Source: Magallana gigas | Lineage: Eukaryota | Length of the DNA stretch: 64,000 bases | Direction of reading: 5' to 3' | Assembly (NCBI RefSeq): GCF_963853765.1 | Contig: NC_088859.1 | Coordinates: 26,474,001-26,538,000 of the forward strand | In this document: positions 1 through 15,400 of the stretch, one piece after another | How positions within the stretch are numbered: position 1 is the first letter of the stretch | Layout: each line of letters begins with the position of its first letter | The notes under the pieces: model-generated | What the model was told of the DNA's origin: nothing | Database searches by the model: none | The model's input: only the letters and a program-made list of their open reading frames with translations | Position numbers and translations under genes: made by a program

Positions 1-701
1 AGGTAGCAAAAATTTACACTAATTTACACTATTTTCTCGCTACCCCGTATCATTAACCTTTTGCATGGCTTACGGCTCTTTGACATGAACTGCGGTGGCG
101 TGCCGCTGGGAGACGCGTTGTTGATCGCCTTTATAAATCCTCTTAGCGCCTAGTATAAAAATTCAATGAATATAGACTGATCCTACCACAAGGAAGCGAA
201 ACGGAAGAAAGGAGAGAGATGCCGAACGGTGCATGGGAATTTCCTTTATCCTCAGGAACACTAGAACTTCACAACTTCTGAGCACGGATGTAGTCAGTGG
301 TACCCTGAAAAAAAAATTCACCGCTCGTGAGAGAAAAAATGTGTGTTTAGTGAGTTTTCTCTCTTAGAAAGTTCTATATTAGTGACAGAAGCTTGTTGGA
401 AGGAAATAACGAGATATTGAAGTTCGTGTTGCAAAACAGTCATCTTGAAAGACTTCCTTTTTTGACAAATTTCGCGACAACTGGGTGCATTTCCCGTCCT
501 CAAAGATATTGAAGAGAGAGAGAGAGAGAAAAAAAATCTTGAGGTATCTTGTCAATCATCTCGAACGCTCTGGTACTATACGAGATAAAATCGGCACAAC
601 ATCATTGATAATGACAAGAACAATCGGAAACATTGTAAGCTGTTTTTTAATTCTATAAGACCCAGACGAAGTAAACCGGGGCAAAGCCCACCCCAGGGGA
701 A

Positions 702-3006
702 ATGGACGCCGTGTCCAATTTACTTCGGAATTTCTATCTCGTTGTTTTCTTCTTGTTTGGTGTATTTAGGAGTACCTCTCTAGAATATGTGACAAAAACA
801 ACGAAATATGGGAGAGTGAGGGGGTCCGTGGAGAGTGTCCGCCCCGGGAAACAGATTGAGAGATTTCTGGGGGTTCCTTATGCGTCCCCTCCAATAAAGT
901 CTTTACGGTTTGAGGTGAGTAGCTTAGCTTTATTTTCAAAATATTTTTATGTGTGTGTGCATATTTTAAAATATATTTTATCTTTGAATAAAAACGTTGA
1001 ACGAAAAATTGTGACAACTTGCAATTTTCTCATTCTAAATTATTAAATTGATATCAGTTGTAGTTTTGAGATAGGTAGCCAGAAGAAAATGACAAAGCTG
1101 TCATTTACATCATGATTTCCGTGGGGTCGAATTGTTCATATATCATTTTTTGTTTTTCACACTGTCTTAATAGAAAAATAACACTATAGCCGTGATAATA
1201 TGATGTTTGTTTATGATATGGCTTTAAATGTATTGATATGACCTACGTACATACGTACGCACATGCATTACATATATGATTACATAACCTTGAAATACCT
1301 GATCGTGACGAGTATATGAATCAAAGTAATTATATACATACAACGATAAAGGTTATGCGATAAACCATAAACATGTACGAAATTTAGAGAATACACAATA
1401 AAAAGTGACGTCTTTGGTTATGTATGAAATTTTTTTTGATTTACCTGCAATTCTGGGGGGGGGGGTTCTCTTTTTTTTGGAAACAAGTTGCATTTGATGT
1501 TTTTTAATGACGCTGAATAAAGCAGTTGAGCAAAAATGCATTTTATTTTGTCAATATTTTAATTGGTCAAACAGTATAGTTCATTCAAACATTTTTTTTT
1601 GTCTTGAAAAATTTCTTTCGTAGGAGACACCTTTTAGATCTTTTGAAACTGATAGAATCAATATAGTAGGTGCATTCTACAATCTTATAAAACTGTAACT
1701 ACAGAATGTACAGTCGATCCATCAAATATATTCAAATAGTAATTTAAAACTTTGCCAACCACATCAAATTTTTGTCCATCGGCATTAATTTGAAATTGAA
1801 TATGCCAATTTTTTTCTTAAAAAATTTGCATGTACTGAGCTCTCGAGTCCATCAGATTTATTCAACTTCGGATTTTGTCAATGTTAAACTTTACGACCGA
1901 TTTTTTTGTCCAAATATTTTTTTTACCATGGCGTTGCAATAAAAAAAAAACATTCATAAAATAGTTCTCCCATGCATGCAGTTAGAAAAACTTTCTCATC
2001 ATTATTACGTATATGTGTATATAACTGGATGGTATTGTATGACGTTTTAAGTAAGCCTATCAAATTAATAATAATAATTGATGAAGTATTAAATTTTACG
2101 TCCAAATTATTTATCAAAGATACATGTATCTTGATTCTTGAACTTTAATCTGGTAAAAAATTAATACACAGTTTTTGTACATCTGTTTTCACTGAGGATA
2201 TTTGTATCGGCAGTTTGGTAATGTAAATCGAAAGATCGTGAGTCTTTCGAATCGGCACTGAATCGGTCAAAGCGACTTTTATATAATACATCCTTTAACA
2301 GGACAGCCAACAATCCTGTTATATCAATCGTTACTACTATTTAAAGCTACTTTTTTCTGGCAAAGAAGGAAATGGCCTATATTTCTAAGCGACATCGATA
2401 AGTTCAAGGTTTCTACTAGTAAAGAAACTTGTGTTGGCACTTGTCATTTCATCAATAATATGTCGCCAACGATTTTTTTTCTCAAAACATCTAAAAACAA
2501 TGCGTTGTGGTTTTCATTTCAGCCTTCAAACTACATTTATTGCGAAATAACGCACCGGTTTTTTTTCTTTGAAAAAAAAAGGGACTCAGTTTTCAAATAT
2601 ATACAAATTTAAAACGTATTACTATTGAAGCTGTACTTGGATCAAAACAATTAAAGAAACGAACTCCTTATACATTAGGGTAAGGAGTAAAATGGTGCAA
2701 TTAAGCTGGAAGGAAATCCATTATAAACATCTCATTTGTTTCCAATGAAAAAGCTTGCCAATTAGGCCACAAACCTCCTTTGTTATTTAATGTCTTACAT
2801 AAGTGCACTTGAAATCAACAAGATATATAAATTCTGATGAGAGAGAAAAATTAATGAAATATTTGATTCTATCTTGAGAATTTGCTTGATAACCTACAAT
2901 TTTGGTTCGTTCTCATGTTTAGGATTTCACTACCCAGAAACAAAGAAAATATCAAAACATGGAGGAAAAATGGGTGATAAATTTAAATTGATATATTATG
3001 AGATAT

Positions 3007-3064
<58 letters not shown>

Positions 3065-6000
3065 CTTTAGCTAGTCTTGAGAGCCAATCTTTCGATTGTC
3101 GTGAAATAATTGGCGTTCATCAGCTCACTACATTAACCAAGAAAAAGAGGCATTAAATTCTCAATAACAATTTATTCCTCACTTCGTTAGTGCTCTGCGG
3201 AATTATATATACCGGCGCGTGAAAAATTGAACAAGAATATTTATCATTATCCCAGAAATGGACACTTAGGAGTTCGTTAATTTCAATCAAGGCTACGGCT
3301 GTTGTCAATATAAAGAACAGGACTGCAATTATTTCGCTTGATATACAGCGCTTCAAGCTCTTTAGGGCTCTGTGGTCTCCTCCTACTTTGATTTTTGCTA
3401 TTTTTAAAGACAGTTTATAAGAAAGGTCTTCATAACCTTTTATTTGTTTGGTATTAAGAAAATGAAATTTATTAAGTTTTAAACGTAATTCATTGAAAAT
3501 TCACTAATTATTTTCAAAAGTTCATACTGAGTCAAAGTTTTGAAACCATAAACTACCACTCATNNNNNNNNNNNNNNNNNNNNNNNNNNNNNNNNNNNNN
3601 NNNNNNNNNNNNNNNNNNNNNNNNNNNNNNNNNNNNNNNNNNNNNNNNNNNNNNNNNNNNNNNNNNNNNNNNNNNNNNNNNNNNNNNNNNNNNNNTCCAT
3701 CGCTCACGCTACATCGCACTCATCTTGTAAAAGTCAAATGGCGCGGGGGAGGGAAAAAAGATTTATTCCAAAGTACATTCCTAGCGGAATTAATGAAAGC
3801 TAATAGATATAACCGATCAGCAATCTTAATTACCGGCATCCCAAGTGCAACGATATTCAAACGAGAAAGAGGGGGGGGGAATATCCTGATTGCTCGATGA
3901 AAGTAATCTCATTCCTGCGAACAATTTATACGGTATTGGCCAACACCGAATGAGTTTGTTTATCTTAACATAACCCGACCTTACTTGCACATTTTTTTTT
4001 GTAAATATTTCACTTTGATGTTTATATTTTCTCTCCTTTCTCAGATAACTTTCATCCATCATTGTCAGAGGTTTTTTGTGTTCAGAGGAAGATGATATTA
4101 AAAAAAAAACCTGTAAACCGAAAGAGTTTCATTGTCAACATACATGTATATGATTTTTTTTTCTTTTGGCAGAACATTTGATCGAACTTTTAAAGCTCGA
4201 AGAAGATATTTTATTTTCGGTGTTTACACATTGTTTCTAAAAGTTCATGTTATCTTGAATTTACGATATATTTTTGAAGAAGAAAAAAAAGATATGAAAA
4301 ATTAGCACACAATTGCTTTGGTAATTATTAAAAATGATGACATTTTAGGAATCTATTTTTACCGCGTAATTTATATCAGATATTCAAATTATAACCGACC
4401 TTGGTACTTTATGTATATACAATGCGGAAAATGGTTTCTGATAAGGTATTTGTCCTCCACCAAATCTTTGATCAGTGTGCTTAATGATATATTCTTTTTA
4501 AAAAATAATATAGTCCACATAGTGATATCATAGTTGATAGTTCTATGCTATTGCAATGATCGTTTTTTTTTTGGGGGGGGGTTTGGGGGGGGGGTCACAG
4601 ATTTGATATTAATATCGAAATTATTCATTTTAAGATCGATCGAATTTTAAGTGTAAATAGTCCGTAGAATGATAAACAATAAACATGACACACATTATAG
4701 TATCGACTCATTAAGGTGATTTAATACTAAAGAACCTCTAGAATATAAAAAATCTGTATGAAATCCGAACTTGATATTGACATTTACATTTTGATGATAA
4801 AAAAAATCATTTTTATGGTTTTTTTCCATCGCGTGACGTTGTATATGACACGAAATTTATTTATAGTGCAATAGCTACCCAGTTTATGGGAATATAAACT
4901 GGATTGGAGCAGTTTACGCTGCTACGCCTTTTTTTTTTAAATTCAACTGTTCCAGCCCAGTCTATATGAATATAAATTTGGTAGCCATTGAGTTCATTTC
5001 TAATGATTTAATTTTTTTACAATCATTAAATCACATCAAATTGTACAAAATTCAAACGTTGGCAAATTGTATCGTAGGCAACATTCTTTATATGGTATTA
5101 ACTAATATTTCCAGCCAATCAGAAAGCACGTTACAAACAACATTAAATTAATCAATAATAAATAGGGAAATTTCACCAAGGCATAAATCGTATAAACTTT
5201 TGCTTGAAAATACCAAACCAACCTATTTAGTACGACTAAGTTTAATAAATTCAGAGGCTTATATCTGTCAAAGCGAATGAGTGAAGTATATATGAGCTAT
5301 TTAAATTTACTTACTTTTCTTTTTTCAACTTATATGCAAAGTTTTATTTGGTTTCTGATATGTAGAAATTTTGAAATACATTAAATTTTAGATAATTCAG
5401 TCATGATTTTTGTTTGTCGTCGGACGTTTTCGTGTTTTTATGAAAATTTTGAATATGGGACATGTATTTATTTCCGGGGAAATACAATATTTTATTCATC
5501 TTATGTTTGGGAATACCAAGCATCATTTATTATAAGAGAATCATAGCAATTGGGTATATTAGCCTAGTAACTATATATCTAGAGTTTGTCGACTGACATA
5601 AATACTTCTTATTGGATAACGTCAGCAAAACGTGACGTCATCAACCTATAAGCAACGTAGAAAGCAGATCAATAATCCAGCCAAACTATGAAAACAGTTT
5701 GTAGCAATTTGCAGAGTGTACAATTATACATAGATAAATGATATGTAACATCTTTAACAGTTCAATTTATTGTTTTTTTCTCTACAGCGTCCTGTACCCC
5801 CCGATCCCTGGAATGGAGTATTGGACACCCTGGATATTCCACCAGCTTGTCCCCAGCCCGGAGAGGGCGTGGCTTATATTGAGTTTCATGTGCCAGGGTT
5901 CAATTACACGAGCGAAGACTGCCTTTATCTAAATATATATACACCAAAAGTAAGTATTCTTTATCAAACGATTTTCTCGCTTCAACGTGACATCAGTCAG

Positions 6001-8943
6001 TGGAACTTTAGAATAATTTTTTTTTTTATACTTTTCGTATCTATGTACAGATATAAATCCGTATAATTAAAAAAAACGCTGATGTCGACGTGCATTTGAT
6101 TTCCTCTTTCAAAGTTAATTTCTTAATAATGAGAAAAATATCAAATTCTGAGGGGTCTTCATATATATGTTGTAAGACAAGTAAATACGTAACAGTGTCA
6201 AAGATGCGAGTTTCCTCCTTTATTAAACCAAAATTGAAAGTCTAGGCTTTTCTGTAACAAAACTGTTACTTTAATATGTCATATCTATAGAATTTTAAAT
6301 CTCACAAGCAAATATGTATTATGAATTATGCCATAATCCTAACTAATTTTATCAAGAGTTTGAGAAATTGTCATCATCGGGGAAAAAGAAAACACAAGGA
6401 ACATGTACATGTATATTTTATTGTATCATAGAAGGACGTTTTCAAGCAGACACCTCTCAGGACACACACATTTATTAATGTAGTACTTCGCGGTTAACTG
6501 TCCCAACCAATTTTATATTCGTATAAATTGGGTAGCTATTGAATTCATTCCTTATAGAGAGCTCTAATTTGATTTTTTGCACAGGCACCTGACGTTAGGT
6601 GCCTGTGATTTTTTTGTGCGTCAATTTGTCCCAGCCCTTTTCAAATGTTTTGACTGTAACAGATGAAATTGACGAGTTATTTCCAATCTTGCCAGTTCTT
6701 GCCACGGTCTTAACTGATTTTATCAATTTTTTCGTAAGGTTTATGATTCATATATTTTTTAATTGTGAGATTAATTGTGCTGTTAGACAGTGATTTAAAT
6801 TAATTATGCACCATTTTTTTCATGTAAATTTAATTCAGCGGTTGTGTGGCCAACTTACAGATGATAGCCAGCAATAATTTGCTTTCAACGCAAAATTTTT
6901 CATTTTTAATGTATGTTGAAAAAATGAGTAAATCCTATGAAGTTTGCACATTTTAAATCTTACAATACCTTGTACATGAGAGAAAGAGTTTTAACAACAT
7001 CAATTTATTTGCAAATATCAAGTATCTTCTTTCTGATTTTATACTGTATTTTCATGTGTTTCAATTAAGCAAAAGTTCTAAAATTCCGAGAAAAAAAAAT
7101 TCAATAATGCCAGCAAATCAAAAAATAAAAATAATAATTTTAAGATCTGTCCTATTCTAATTAATATGAAGTTTAAAGTTATTAAATTACTCTTCAAACT
7201 TCAGTTTAAAAACCTAAGGACATGGCTTTAATCCATAACCTTGTGCTAAACCTAGCTAGATTCTACTGTCCTTAAGGAACAAGTATATTTTATTTGGAGG
7301 GGAGGGGGGACATCATAAAGTTGTAGGCGGGACAGTACTTCCAATTTGATAAATTAGAACTCTAAAAAGGAAGGTATTTCTGGTTTTCAGAAACGCAGCT
7401 GTATAAGATTTAAATGAGACCAGTATTTAAAATGGTTATTTAAAATCCATTTAATCGAACCGTACGTGCAGGCTCTTTCAAACCGAATTTAAAACGATGC
7501 ATTTGGTTAATTTTGCGATACACCGTCTTTCATAATGAACAAAAGAGCCTTCGCAAATTACACTTGCTTGACTTGCACATTAAATATGTTCAGGTACACG
7601 TTTCTCTGTAATATAAATGGTAACATCTGATACTTAAATTACAGACCAGCATGCATCTCTTGCAGATGTAGGTTTAAAGCTAATTAACCAAATTGTTGTA
7701 GTCCACCTAGCGTATTGCTTGGTGAAATTCAACACATCTAAGACCTGCACTTATATGGTAAAAAGTTTATTATTTTCTAATATCAAGGAAATATCTTACA
7801 AATTGCTGTGCTGTTGCAAAAGTTAATACCTATTAAAATTGCAAGCAAAATATCGTTCATTTGTTATCGAATATTTTTTTCCTGATATGGTCTCATTAAT
7901 ATTTTATTATAATTGGTTCGCAATATAGGCAGTTGACATCTATAACATTAAAGACTAATTCATTCAATATGTTTGATTGTATGTTGTATGGATATACATG
8001 TATATATATATTTTTTACATGTAATAGAGAAAAAACGTCTCGTCTGGGGTTGCGTATCACTTTAAATTTTCGGGTATACATTTCATCATCAGGTAAACAA
8101 ACAAACAAACAAACAAACAAACCCAATCATTTTAGGTCCTTTTTTATTTTGAGATATGAAAATATACAAAATATCTATGAATCAAAAGTAAATGATTATC
8201 GTGTTTAGCAATATATTACATGTTCATAGATCATCCCAGCGCTAAAAAATTGCTGCTTTACTGTTATTTGCAATTTGTTCTGAACGTCTGTGCAAAATAC
8301 CAATTTGTTCGCTTTCCACCTTGAACTTAAATTGATTAATTTTTACTCAAACAAAACTTCAAGTACAGTAATTATTAACATCTCTCTGTCCCATTTCCTC
8401 TGTAACCTTGTTAATTGATTCTCTTCTCTCAAAACTGTAAAAACAAAAACAAAAAAAAAGGAACATTGTCTTCATTTGAACTTTGACTGGGCTCATTCAT
8501 TCGTATTTCGTTCAAAGGCTGTTGCCATGAAAAAAGAAGATAATAAGCTGTTTGGAAAAATCATACATTACCTACATTTCATTTCCGTTACATCATATTC
8601 TGGAAAAGAGTACAGAAGTGTGCGTGTCTTTGATTCCTAATTGTTCACTGGTTGTGGGAGTAAATGGTTTTGTTTGCCTTCTTCTTTGAAGCCAATATAA
8701 CGAGGATACAGTTCCTGATCACTGGGTGGTAATATGAAAACCGTAAAACTTGGCCATTCCTTGATACCCAAATTTACAGATTTGTTCATCTGTCACCTTC
8801 ATTGATTGTGTTGTTGATGCACATGCAATTCAAACGGTACACTTTGGACTCTACTTCAATGACAAAATGGATTATCAGCTTAAGCTGGTAAAATCAGTCA
8901 ACCTGTTAACGTTAATCTGTTGCATTTTTTAGACACAGAACAT

Positions 8944-8994
<51 letters not shown>

Positions 8995-11900
8995 AGGAAT
9001 AAACACTTCTAAGCTATTTACACACAGTATAAAATGACATTCTAAAAATTCGAAATGAGTAACTTCTTTGTACATTTTTAGGGTATTATATAATCTTGGA
9101 GATTATCATTTTGGTGAGATGCAAAGTGTCTCCTAGTGATAAAAGCCGTGTTGTATTCTTTTGTAAATAAACATCTGTATACGGTTTCGGCCCCGAAGCT
9201 CACGGGTTGGTCTATCGATACGCCAGCAATTACCACAAGCTCGAATCCTCAAAGCAAAATAAATATATCACGATCTTTGAAGAAAAACACTCGAGGACTC
9301 TCTTCGATCTATTAAGAGGGTCCTCTTTGACCCCGAAGATGACAATCAAAAGATACGGATAAAAGGCGAGGGATACCGATTGTTGTAACACAGCGATCAG
9401 GTGTCACCGTCCCCATCAGTAAGTGGTTCGTCTTTTGTTGGATATAAACAATAATGTAAGAATCATGAGATAAGAAAACGGGATTAATGTCTGTTGAATT
9501 TGGCTCGGTTTTCATCGTCACATGTGTGGAAAATATTCGGATGTCATTTCGATCCGATGACTACCGAAACATTAGACGACGGACGGAAATGAAGAGGGGC
9601 TGTTAGCGGTGCATTTATATACCACTTAACAACTGGTCGAGACACATAACTGTCTCTGCTGAATAATGATTTTTTTCAGTTTGACAACAAGTACTCGTAG
9701 TACGTTGCACTCGTGCATATCAAGATCTTTTGACACCTTTTTCTACAATATCGCTTTGCTTCGTACGTCCCTCTTATTATCCTCACTTTGCTTTTCATTT
9801 ATGATATAAAGTGTGGTTTATAAACCTCTGCACTCATTTGGTTAAACAAATTAAGCAACGTCAAATAGTACTTTGAATATATAAAGAGTTCAAAGTCTTT
9901 GTGATTAATTTGATGCTTTCGAAATTTATTCGAAAATGCTCTGCTAGTTTTATATAGTTATATACCGTAAGTAATCTTACAGAAATTATCTTTCAAAAAC
10001 ATTTTCACTACTTTGATTTTTTTTTTTTTGCTTCTTAATTTTGCGAGTGGTCATCTTAAGGTAGTACACAAAAAACAAGCCAACAATTTCCTATCATTCA
10101 ATTTTTTGAAACTTTAATATTTCGATCAATCTATCTTTTTCCTATCAATTTTTTCTATCAATTTCCTATCATTCAATTTTCTGAAACTTTAATATTTCGA
10201 TCGATCTATCTTTGAAATGAAAGCTATAAATATTTAAAGCAGGAAAGAAATCTGACCTTGTATTTTTGCCTTCATTGCTTCAAACCTACTATTATTTCAA
10301 TTTCATTAATCGAAATAGTCATTTTTTGAACTTGCATTGCCAAAAAGCTACTTTTAAAGATATAACAAATGTTCTACTGCTATCTATAAAGCATTTTGTT
10401 ACTTAGATATTCTGAATTTTATTCTAGCAGTAACTAAAAGTAAATTCTGATAGATGACGTAATAGTGCTTATAAATTAATTTTTAAGACAAAAATTTGCA
10501 ACACTAAAACACTGCATTATTCAAATTCAGATAAAACTAAACGGCACAATTACTATAACCCCTGTACTTAGATTTATCAATATAACGAAATTAACTTAAA
10601 CGCTAATTTTAGATTAAATTTAAAAATAAAAATGAAAATCGAAGATGACGTCATTATATTTTGTTAATGTGCATTAAGTTTTATCACTAGTGATAATCAT
10701 GTCTAAATTTCAGGTTTTTACTAAAATAAACACAAGTTACACATTCTTGAATTATATATAAGGCTTGATTGCTAACAGACTAAAGGAACACCATAATGAG
10801 TGAAATGTAGATTAAGAAATGATCAAAATACGCGTCACTTCAATTTTTTATGCCTTGCGTAAGTTGAATCCAAGGTTGAAGTTTTTCAAATAAAGGTTTT
10901 GCAATGAACTTTTACAAAGATTTATACCAATACTTTGTTTGAGAAAATACAACAACAAAACTAATTTCACGGGTGTTTCGTAAACCTTAACGTCCTGCAT
11001 TTTACAAAGGAACTTACGATTTACGACCAAAATACTGAATACTTTTAAATCACATATTAATCAATTTTTCAATTCTAGGGTTTTAAAATATAATTATAGA
11101 TTTCAAAATAGCTGTAAATTGCTGGTTTTTAATAAATTTCATTCATTAAAGATAATTCCATGGTGTTGAAATATTAACGACGTAGTCGTAAGTTCTCTTG
11201 TAAAACGCAACCCGGGTCTGAACCAAAGTGGATAAAATAGTTTCTTTTTTAACATTTAAGTATATCGTGTTGTATACTTGTACTTTATTTTTTCAAGGTT
11301 TTTTTTTCATTGAGACTTTGATGTCAATATGTGCGGATAAAGTGCTTCAAATGTAGAACTCTGGGAGGGAAGGGAGGAATAACCTCATTTCGTAGGCTAA
11401 GTTTTTTTTTTCTGTGTCAAAATGAAGTTTAAAACATAAGACTTAAACCCGCAAATTAACCTGCTATAAATCAGCGAACAAATTTTTAAAAATTATATTA
11501 GGGGTAAAACATACTGACACAATGCAAGCGTCGTCTATTTCTTTTTCCATTCTAGATACTTTTTTTAGATCTTCGTTAATCATGTTACAAAAACATAAGA
11601 CTTAAACCCGCAAATTAACCTGTTATAAATCGGCGAACAAATTTTTAAAAATTATATTAGGGGTAAAACATACTGACACAATGCAAGCGTCGTCTATTTC
11701 TTTTTCCATTTTAGATACTTTTTTTTAGATCTTCGTTAATCATGTTACTAAAAAATATGTCAATTCAAAAAATCGATAAACTTTTAACGATGTTCAGCCT
11801 TAAACTGATGATAATAAATGTGTGAAATACTCTATAGTAGTCCATATGTAATAATGTAATGTGTAATGTAATGTGTTATGTAATGTGTAATGTATTGTGT

Positions 11901-12443
11901 AATGTAATGTGTAATGTAATGTAAAATGTAATGTGAAATACTTGTAGCCCCTATGTTTATAGCATAGCAATTCGGTTGTTATAAGTACAACGTTTCACTT
12001 AACAATTACGTCAGCTCATCCCATAACGTTCCTTATACTCAAAAGTTACACATTGTTCTAACATCCCCAGTTTTATTTGGCGTTTCATCACTTGACAAAT
12101 GCAATCAAAATCATCAAGTACGGTGACAAACTTTGTTACAAAAAGTGAGTGACAAAAGTGAGTATAACAAATAAAAAAAAATCTGTAAAAAAAGATATCT
12201 CCGGCGACACCATCCCTCAATTGAAATCCCATTTGTAATTAACTGAGGAAAACAGAAAGATTCATGGGTGCGTCATTTCCCATCATACAATAAAATTACC
12301 GTCATTTAAATATTTTGTAACGACCAACGTAGCTTTACTACGTCGCCATGTATTCGCACCTGTAAAAAAAGTTACGGACTATGATGACATCATTTCCGGG
12401 GTTTTCAAACAGCAATTTCATGCAATGTTTGTGGCAAATGATC

Positions 12444-12493
<50 letters not shown>

Positions 12494-15400
12494 TTTAAAC
12501 GATATATATATATATAGGAATTTAACTTTTTTGTTATCACAAATGGTATTTGATGCCTTTGATGAAATGTTTATAATTTAGTGTTTATCAGATATTACAT
12601 ACATTTTCTTTAATTAAAAAGAAATCTTTTCATTTCGGAATACCACACATTAATTTTGTTTCTAAACCATTCGTAAGATAACTTATCTGCAACATAGAGG
12701 CAGAGACGCTCTTGTTTAATGTTCACATCAAGAAAAAAACTGTTTATTTGACATTTCCTTGCATTAACCTGTCGGGTAATGTTTCCAATCTCAATTTGCT
12801 CTGCGTATTCCATCGGCACGGGTCTACAGAAATTACAGTGCATGCACGTTTACTTAAAACGACCATTTGTCAAAATATTGCCAACCATTACAGAAATTGC
12901 AAAGTGCATGTTGTACTTTTAATTCAATCGTATATTGTTAATTCAAGACATTAATCAACAAATCGATTAATTCATAAAATAAAAACGCACTACATGATAT
13001 TTTTCTTCGCTGCTAAATTTAAGCATTGGCTTCTTTAAGAGTACCAACGGTGGTAAGAAGTATCCCGTTCTGTTTTTTGTCCATGGTGGATCATACTTTA
13101 ACGGGATGGGAGCCATGTTTGAAGGGAGCATGCTGTCGGCTTCCGGAATCGTGGTTGTAACCATAAACTACAGACTAGGACCACTCGGTGAGTTACACTT
13201 AATACATGCTTTGTACATTTCACTATCGACGAGACTAGGTTAAACATTTTTCATTTGAAACATTAATTAAAAACTATTTCACAAAGTTAATGACGAATGT
13301 CTCTGTTTCATAGGTTTTTTGGTGTCCGGTGACCCGGAACTCTCAGGGAATTATGGGATGATGGATATGGTTGCTGCTCTGTGGTGGGTGCGCCGGAATA
13401 TCGAGTTCTTTAACGGGGACCCAAACCAAGTAACACTGATGGGTCACAGCGCAGGAGGCTGTAGTGTCGGCTTTCTTGTTATGTCACCTTTGACAAAAGG
13501 TAGTCTTCAGACTATTGTTCTTGTTGTGTGATTTCCGGTTGACAAAATTGACTCGATATACGTCAGTGGTTTTCCTGCTTTGTTTAACTTGTTCTGGATG
13601 TGATCGTTGCTATTTCTGCTGCTGTTGTTGTTGTTGCTACTGTTGTTGCTGCTGCTGCTTTTTATTGNNNNNNNNNNNNNNNNNNNNNNNNNNNNNNNNN
13701 NNNNNNNNNNNNNNNNNNNNNNNNNNNNNNNNNNNNNNNNNNNNNNNNNNNNNNNNNNNNNNNNNNNNNNNNNNNNNNNNNNNNNNNNNNNNNNNNNNNN
13801 NNNNNNNNNNNNNNNNNNNNNNNNNNNNNNNNNNNNNNNNNNNNNNNNNNNNNNNNNNNNNNNNNNNNNNNNNNNNNNNNNNNNNNNNNNNNNNNNNNNN
13901 NNNNNNNNNNNNNNNNNNNNNNNNNNNNNNNNNNTAGATGTTGTTGAAGGACCATCGTGGTTGTTGAGATGGTTGCAACAACTGAGTTCTTGTTGATTTT
14001 TGTTTTAGAATTATTATTTGCCCATCTATCGATGATAAGTGTCTACGACATGTACAGTTAAAAAATACCGCCAATTAATATTTTTTGTTCGGAAATTGTT
14101 TTCTGCTATTTTGCGTATTTGTTAAAAGTGTGTTTGATATTCGATATATGAGCACGATCTTCTAAATGCCCGATTCGCGTGCTTTGTGACCTTTTTAATG
14201 ATAAGTGTATTTAATTACATGCCGCCAGAAGGCGGTCGGTTATATGATATGAAAGTAAAAATTAGTTGTGCGTGTCTGCGGTACTATTGTGAGTCTGGTG
14301 CAACCATAGACTTTATCTACGCAACGCAGCTTTGCTTAGAGAGAGCGTGTGATTGAACCAATCTTAAAATTGTTATTCTAAAAAATATTTTAAAAATAAA
14401 ATATTATATGTTTTACGGTTTAGCCGTGGGGGCAAGAGCAGCAGGAGTTACATATATGTACACTATATTCACTTATCAAATGTGTATTTCGTCAAACAAA
14501 ACAAACTTCAAGTACAATAATTTTGCTTTTAATTGTTTTTTTTTAGTACCATCAAATAAGTGACAATTATATACAATGTATCATTAAATTAAGAAAAATT
14601 GGACATATCCTAAATTATTTTCAAGTCAAATTCGATGCACCCCATCCACTCCCGGTTATCGAGGAAGTTCGCCGCCCCGATACAAAGTACCTTCCGACGC
14701 CGCTGTATAAGCAAAAGTGTTCTATTTGTTAGATTTTACTGTTAAATTTATTCTTATTTTTCCTGATTTTTTAAAATCGTTTTTGCAAAACTGTAGTTGT
14801 AGAATCTAGGATCCCTTCATATTCAATACACGTTTAATACAATATGCATGTGCACATATATGTTGATTTGCGCTTTGTCCATTTGTCTGTGAGTTGATTT
14901 TTAATGTAATGCACAAACTCGAATTTCAAATATTTCTTGTTCAGAAAAACAAATGGTTTGCTAACGTTCTCTCGACGCTTATTTTTTTTTTATTATTATA
15001 AGATCACCTGCAAAGTTTATACTTTTAAAAATCTATAATCAGATAAAAGGGATTAAACTCATTTTATTTATACATCGGGAGTAGATCATTTTGTTCAAAG
15101 TACAATGACCCATCTGATAACATTTCCGACATACACGAAAATCCCTTTTAAGTAGGCGTTTAAACAAGGAGAAAAAACTGTCAAAATTAAATATCATACA
15201 ATAAACAACTAATATTAAATAAGATATGATGAAAAACTAGGCTAATCTAATTCAACGGGAAATTCAATCACTTTTCAATTACTTGAATGACTGCTTCTGC
15301 GATTGATAAAATACGTCATATCTTTAAATGAAATAGAAGTAGGCGATAAAAACATTCAATCTAATGAGTACAGGCAATTTTCGCGTGCTGCGCTCAGCAA

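Noticed and set aside
13515-14074. Long ORFs spanning the N gap (also 3522-3719)
   Set aside because: Artefacts of N runs and the adjacent trinucleotide repeat.
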